From assembly GCA_964494295.1 (NCBI GenBank), contig CAZBTT010000001.1, forward strand, positions 1 to 36,487: a stretch of DNA of 36,487 nt, written 5' to 3'. Position numbers and translations under genes: made by a program. Every line of letters begins with the position of its first letter. Position 1 is the stretch's first letter. The DNA comes from an uncultured Acidobacteriota bacterium. GTDB taxonomy: Bacteria; Acidobacteriota; Vicinamibacteria; Fen-336; JAGNNV01. Shown here piece by piece: positions 32,664 to 36,487 of this stretch. The notes under the pieces were generated by a model, which saw only the letters and a list, made by a program, of their open reading frames with translations, did no database searches and was not told where the DNA came from.

Positions 32664-33863
32664 ATGCCGACCTACATAGTCAAAGGCAAGTTCCGGGATG
32701 GAAAGCCCTACTCTGGAGAACGGGTCGGCGCCAATCCCGACGAGGTGACCGCCGGTCTGCGCAAGGAAGGCGTCACCATCGCCTCCATCGCGGAGAAGAA
32801 GAAGGGCGGCCCGAAGGCCACCGGCAAATCCGTTCCCGCCAAGCTCCTCTCGATCTTCGTGCGTCAGTTCTCGGTCATGATCGACGCCGGCCTTCCCCTG
32901 GTCCAGTGCCTGGAAATCCTCGGCTCGCAGCAGGAGAACCCGCACTTCGCGAAGGTCATCATCGCCACCCGCCAGGACGTCGAGAGCGGATTGAACCTCG
33001 CCGACTCCATGCGCAAGCATCCCCAGGTCTTCGACGACCTGTTCTGCAACATGATCGCGGCCGGCGAAGCGGGCGGTATTCTCGACACCATCCTCAAGCG
33101 GCTCGCGACCTACATCGAGAAGTCGGTCAAGCTTCAGGCCCAGATCAAGGGCGCGATGATGTACCCGGTTGCGGTCATCAGCATCGCGGTTCTGGTCATC
33201 GGCGTCATCTTGTGGAAAGTCATCCCGACCTTCGCGGCCATGTTCGCCGGTCTCGGGGCCGAACTGCCTCTCCCCACGAAGATCGTCATCACCGCGTCGA
33301 ACCTGCTCGTCCGCCTGATGCCCTTCATTGTCATCGGCGCGTTCCTGATCCAGTACGCCTTCCGGCAGTATTACGCGACCTACAGCGGTCGGCGTGTCGT
33401 CGACGGGATGCTCTTGAAACTGCCGATCTTCGGTGACTTGTTCCGGAAGATCGCGGTGTCGAAGTTCTGCCGGACCCTGTCAACCCTCATCGCGTCGGGC
33501 GTTCCCATCCTCGATGGCATCGAGATCACCGCCCGCACCGCCGGTAACGCCGTCGTTGAAGACGCGCTGATGTCCGTGCGGAAGTCGGTTGAGGGAGGTC
33601 TGACCATCGCCCAGCCGCTTAAGGAAACCAAGATCTTCCCGGGCATGGTCGTTCAGATGATCAGCGTCGGCGAGCAGACGGGCGCCCTCGACGCGATGCT
33701 TTCGAAGGTCGCCGACTTTTATGAGGACGAGGTCGACCAGGCGGTTGCGAACATGCTGACCCTGATGGAGCCCGTCATGATCCTCTTCCTCGGCTGCACG
33801 GTCGGCGGCATCGTCATCGCGATGTACCTGCCGCTCTTCTCCCTCATCTCGCAGCTGTCCTAA
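32664..33863 (+). CDS. pilC: Type IV pilus inner-membrane platform protein PilC (GspF family)
   Basis: 399 aa, with AAGGAG upstream. It has two GspF-type repeats (...LSIFVRQFSVMIDAGLPLVQCLEIL... and ...VSKFCRTLSTLIASGVPILDGIEIT...) and ends ...MEPVMILFLGCTVGGIVIAMYLPLFSL. Confidence 0.9.
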   Translation: MPTYIVKGKFRDGKPYSGERVGANPDEVTAGLRKEGVTIASIAEKKKGGPKATGKSVPAKLLSIFVRQFSVMIDAGLPLVQCLEILGSQQENPHFAKVIIATRQDVESGLNLADSMRKHPQVFDDLFCNMIAAGEAGGILDTILKRLATYIEKSVKLQAQIKGAMMYPVAVISIAVLVIGVILWKVIPTFAAMFAGLGAELPLPTKIVITASNLLVRLMPFIVIGAFLIQYAFRQYYATYSGRRVVDGMLLKLPIFGDLFRKIAVSKFCRTLSTLIASGVPILDGIEITARTAGNAVVEDALMSVRKSVEGGLTIAQPLKETKIFPGMVVQMISVGEQTGALDAMLSKVADFYEDEVDQAVANMLTLMEPVMILFLGCTVGGIVIAMYLPLFSLISQLS

Positions 33864-33920
33864 GAGGTTGGTCGGGGCGCCGCTCAAGGGCCCCCGCCCG
33901 CCTTTAGGGAGGCGGAACTG

Positions 33921-35567
33921 ATGGCTGGGCTACGCGACCATCCTTCGTCGCAGGAAGCGCCCTTTTCGCTCGGGGCGTTGATCGGATTCCGTCTGGTCAT
34001 CGTCACCGTGCTGCTGTTCGTCGCCGGATACATCGAGGCGGTCCGGGCGCTCCCGATGCCGATCTTCCTGCTGATCTCGGCCACTTTCGCCCTGAATCTG
34101 GGCTACGCCATCCTGCTCGCGGTGGCCCCTTACAAGACGCAGGCGCTCGTGCAGATCATGGGCGACCTCATCGTCATCACCGCCTTCGTGTACCTCACCG
34201 GCACTGAACGAACCGGATTCTCCATCCTTTATCCGTTGAGCGTTTTGTGCGGGAGCGTTCTCCTCGGACGCGGCTTTCTGGTCGCCACCGCCGCCAATGG
34301 CCTGTTTGCCGGCGTGCTCCTGCTGGTGCGCGCGGGGGTCATTCCCGACGAAGCGGTCGGGTCGATCGCGCGGGGAGAAATTCGGGATCTTCTGCGTGCG
34401 CTCGTCGGGATGGCGCTCTCATCTTTTCCGGTGGCGGCCCTCGGTCAGTTCCTGACCAAGGCTCTCAAACGAGCGGGCGAGAGTCTCGACGCGGCGGCGG
34501 GCGAGGTGGCCACCCTTCAAGACTTCAACCGGCTGGTGGTCGAGAACATCCACAGCGGTCTGGTCGTTACGGACAATTCCGGCCGGGTTTCCTTCGCGAA
34601 CGCGAGCGTCGCGGAGACCCTGGGTCTTCCGCGGGGCAGTCTGCAGGGGAGATCGATCGACGAACTCTTCAACTTTCCTGAACTCAGGCAACGTTCTCAA
34701 CCCGACGCGGAGACCACCCTCGAATTGGATCACCAGCGCGCCGACGGGGAACAACGCGTTCTCGGCCTGTGGATCTCGGAGCTGTCGGGGGCGTCCGGGG
34801 GTGGTCGTCTCATCGTGATTCGCGACCTGACCGAGGTGCGCCGGCTCGAGGCCGAGGCTCTGCTCAACGAGAAGCTCGCGATCGCGGGCAGCACCGCCGC
34901 TCAACTCGCGCATGAGATTCGCAATCCCCTCGGAGCCATCAGCGCCGCGACGAAACTCCTTTCAGAAGGTTCCTCGGTCGCAGAGGACCAGAAAAGCCTG
35001 CTCCGGATCATCGCCAAGGAGGCCGATCGACTGGCCGTCACCGTGACTTCGTACCTCCGCGATGTGAAGACCCAGAACACCGTGGTCTACTGCGATCTCA
35101 AGGCGGTGGTATTGGATGCGGTGCGTCTCATAGAAATCTCCCCGGAGAGGAAGCCCAACCATCACATCAGCGTCTCAGCCCTTTCCGGGAGTCTGCGGGT
35201 TGCCATCGCCGAGGAAGAACTGATGCAGGTTCTCTGGAACCTGGCCCGGAACGGACTGGAGGCCATGCCGCAAGGGGGACGCCTCACGTTCACCCTGCGA
35301 CCTTCGGAAGATGTCGCCGAGATCGAGGTCGCCGATGAAGGCCATGGCATGGACCGCCGGCAACTGTCGCAACTCTTCGAGCCCCTCCGGACGAGCAAGG
35401 CCATGGGAACCGGGCTTGGTCTCGCCATCGCCCATCGTCTGGTGCGCGCCCGCGGTGGCGACCTGCTGATCTCCTCCGAGCCCGGCCGGGGCACGCGGGT
35501 CAGGGTTCGCCTGATCGTGCAGGCTGCATCCGTGCCGGCGGCAGAGAAGACTGGAGCGGTGGCATGA
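33921..35567 (+). CDS. pilS: PilS-like sensor histidine kinase (polytopic N-terminus, PAS, HisKA, HATPase_c)
   Basis: 548 aa. About 6 N-terminal TM helices are followed by a PAS-like region (...VVENIHSGLVVTDNSGRVSFANASVAETLG...), an H-box (AAQLAHEIRNPLGAI), an N-box (LWNLARNGLEAM), and G-boxes (VADEGHGM, GTGLGLAI). Its position directly upstream of pilR supports the call. Confidence 0.82.
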   Translation: MAGLRDHPSSQEAPFSLGALIGFRLVIVTVLLFVAGYIEAVRALPMPIFLLISATFALNLGYAILLAVAPYKTQALVQIMGDLIVITAFVYLTGTERTGFSILYPLSVLCGSVLLGRGFLVATAANGLFAGVLLLVRAGVIPDEAVGSIARGEIRDLLRALVGMALSSFPVAALGQFLTKALKRAGESLDAAAGEVATLQDFNRLVVENIHSGLVVTDNSGRVSFANASVAETLGLPRGSLQGRSIDELFNFPELRQRSQPDAETTLELDHQRADGEQRVLGLWISELSGASGGGRLIVIRDLTEVRRLEAEALLNEKLAIAGSTAAQLAHEIRNPLGAISAATKLLSEGSSVAEDQKSLLRIIAKEADRLAVTVTSYLRDVKTQNTVVYCDLKAVVLDAVRLIEISPERKPNHHISVSALSGSLRVAIAEEELMQVLWNLARNGLEAMPQGGRLTFTLRPSEDVAEIEVADEGHGMDRRQLSQLFEPLRTSKAMGTGLGLAIAHRLVRARGGDLLISSEPGRGTRVRVRLIVQAASVPAAEKTGAVA

Positions 35568-36487
35568 GTGAAGCGGCGCCGCCCGGGTCGGAAGGCCGCG
35601 TCCTCGTCATCGACGACGAGCCCTCTCTGCGTGATGTTCTAAAGCTCGGACTCTCCCGGGCCGGTTTCGAAGTGGGCACGGCCGCGACCCACGCCGAGGG
35701 CATCGCCCAGCTCGCGGAGCCCTGGGATCTGGTGCTCACGGATCTCCAGTTGCCCGATGGCGACGGACTTTCGATCCTGCGCTACGCGAAAGAGGTTTCT
35801 CCGGAAACCGCGGTGGTGGTTCTCACCGCTCACGGCTCGGCCGATACCGCGGTCGCGGCCATGAAGCTCGGCGCTCACGACTACCTCACCAAGCCCTTCG
35901 ATCTCGACGAGCTTCGTATCCGCGTCCGCCAGGCCATCGAGGGGGAGAAACTTCGCCGGGAGAACCGCGAGCTTCGCGCCCAGGTCGGCGCGCGCGCGGG
36001 CATTCAGGGCCTCGTGGGGAAGTCCGCGGCCATGCGTTCGGTGGTGGCGCGGGTCCGCGCGGTCGCGAGTTCCTCGTCGACCGTCCTCATCGTCGGAGAA
36101 AGTGGCACGGGCAAGGAACTCGTGGCCCGGGCGATCCACGATCTCTCACCCCGCAAGAACCGCCCTTTTGTCGCCATCAACTGCGGGGCCATCGCCGAGT
36201 CGCTTCTCGAGAGCGAGATGTTCGGCCACGTCAAAGGCGCATTCACCGATGCCCGTCAGGCCAGGGCCGGAGTGATCGAGCAGGCGAATCAGGGCACCCT
36301 GCTCCTCGACGAGATCGGCGAGATGCCGCTCAGCATGCAGGTAAAACTCCTTCGGGTGATCCAGGAGCGGCGCGTGCGGCGAGTGGGGGGCGCCGACGAG
36401 ACTCCCGTCGACGTGCGGATCATCGCCGCCACCCATCGGGACCTCATGCAGATGGTGCGCGAGGGAACGTTCCGCGAGGACCTCTAC
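35564..36487 (+). CDS. pilR: Sigma54-dependent response regulator PilR (NtrC family), N-terminal 308 aa; the 3' end lies outside the window
   Basis: The ATG overlaps the pilS stop as ATGA. My own translation gives MSEAAPPGSEGRVLVIDDEPSLRDVL...DLVLTDLQLPDGDGL...LTKPFDLDEL (receiver domain), then ...LVGKSAAMRSV...VLIVGESGTGKELVARAIH...INCGAI...LESEMFGHVKGAFTDA...GTLLLDEIGEM...IIAATHRDL...GTFREDLY (AAA+ sigma54-interaction domain). Confidence 0.9.
   Translation, partial: MSEAAPPGSEGRVLVIDDEPSLRDVLKLGLSRAGFEVGTAATHAEGIAQLAEPWDLVLTDLQLPDGDGLSILRYAKEVSPETAVVVLTAHGSADTAVAAMKLGAHDYLTKPFDLDELRIRVRQAIEGEKLRRENRELRAQVGARAGIQGLVGKSAAMRSVVARVRAVASSSSTVLIVGESGTGKELVARAIHDLSPRKNRPFVAINCGAIAESLLESEMFGHVKGAFTDARQARAGVIEQANQGTLLLDEIGEMPLSMQVKLLRVIQERRVRRVGGADETPVDVRIIAATHRDLMQMVREGTFREDLY

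Noticed and set aside
36103-36108. TGGCAC hexamers, here and near 4343, 4473 and 4943, as sigma54 -24 boxes.
   Set aside because: All lie inside coding sequence; this one encodes the PilR Walker A motif GESGTGKE. None has a TTGC/GC element at the required spacing.
1-36487. A search for CRISPR arrays, IS elements, transposases, integrases, toxin-antitoxin pairs and classic defence genes.
   Set aside because: None of the translated ORFs shows the relevant motifs (DDE, Tyr or Ser recombinase, Cas, restriction-modification). No regularly spaced direct repeats were seen. The only candidate accessory block is the glycosylation insert, and it lacks visible flanking repeats.

Overview
This is a high-GC, densely coding bacterial chromosomal window. 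I call 30 protein-coding genes, two of them cut by the window edges. I saw no rRNA, tRNA, CRISPR array, transposase or integrase. All family assignments come from motifs read in the supplied translations; no database search was run.

Gene content, left to right:
- 3' end of clpA.
- SnoaL/NTF2-like protein.
- M20 amidohydrolase and a DinB-family protein.
- A TlpA-type thioredoxin translationally coupled to an octaheme c-type cytochrome that is fused to HEAT/TPR repeats.
- A fused polytopic-membrane / spermidine-synthase-like / TPR protein.
- A small-membrane-protein / AIM24 / M48-like protease operon.
- An atypical M1 metallopeptidase.
- ccdA.
- A single-chain (A+B fused) 3-oxoacid CoA-transferase.
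- yqgE/algH.
- Pirin plus a membrane-anchored unknown.
- A secreted unknown.
- An M28 peptidase.
- A Tat-signal Fe-superoxide dismutase.
- A WecE-type amino-sugar transaminase plus a hexapeptide acyltransferase.
- A type IV pilus (T4P) cluster: pilB, then pilT-pilC-pilS-pilR, with pilR running off the 3' edge. No pilin gene is in the window.

The most interesting feature is that the pil cluster is interrupted. About 6.3 kb of opposite-strand genes sit between pilB and pilT: a SAM methyltransferase, a GtrB/ArnC-like GT2, and two tandem YfhO-like GT-C membrane proteins. On the other side of pilB lies the divergently transcribed amino-sugar transaminase/acyltransferase pair. Together these resemble an Arn/Gtr-style polyprenol-phosphate-sugar surface-glycosylation pathway wrapped around the pilus extension ATPase. 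A YfhO-type system linked to T4P in a diderm is, to my knowledge, undescribed.

Secondary observations:
- An intact tandem MshEN (c-di-GMP-binding) motif in PilB.
- A sigma54-like -24/-12 element upstream of pilT.
- A GAFTDA variant of the GAFTGA loop in PilR.
- A possible dual-start (exported and cytoplasmic) SodB.
- Several extreme gene-packing oddities.
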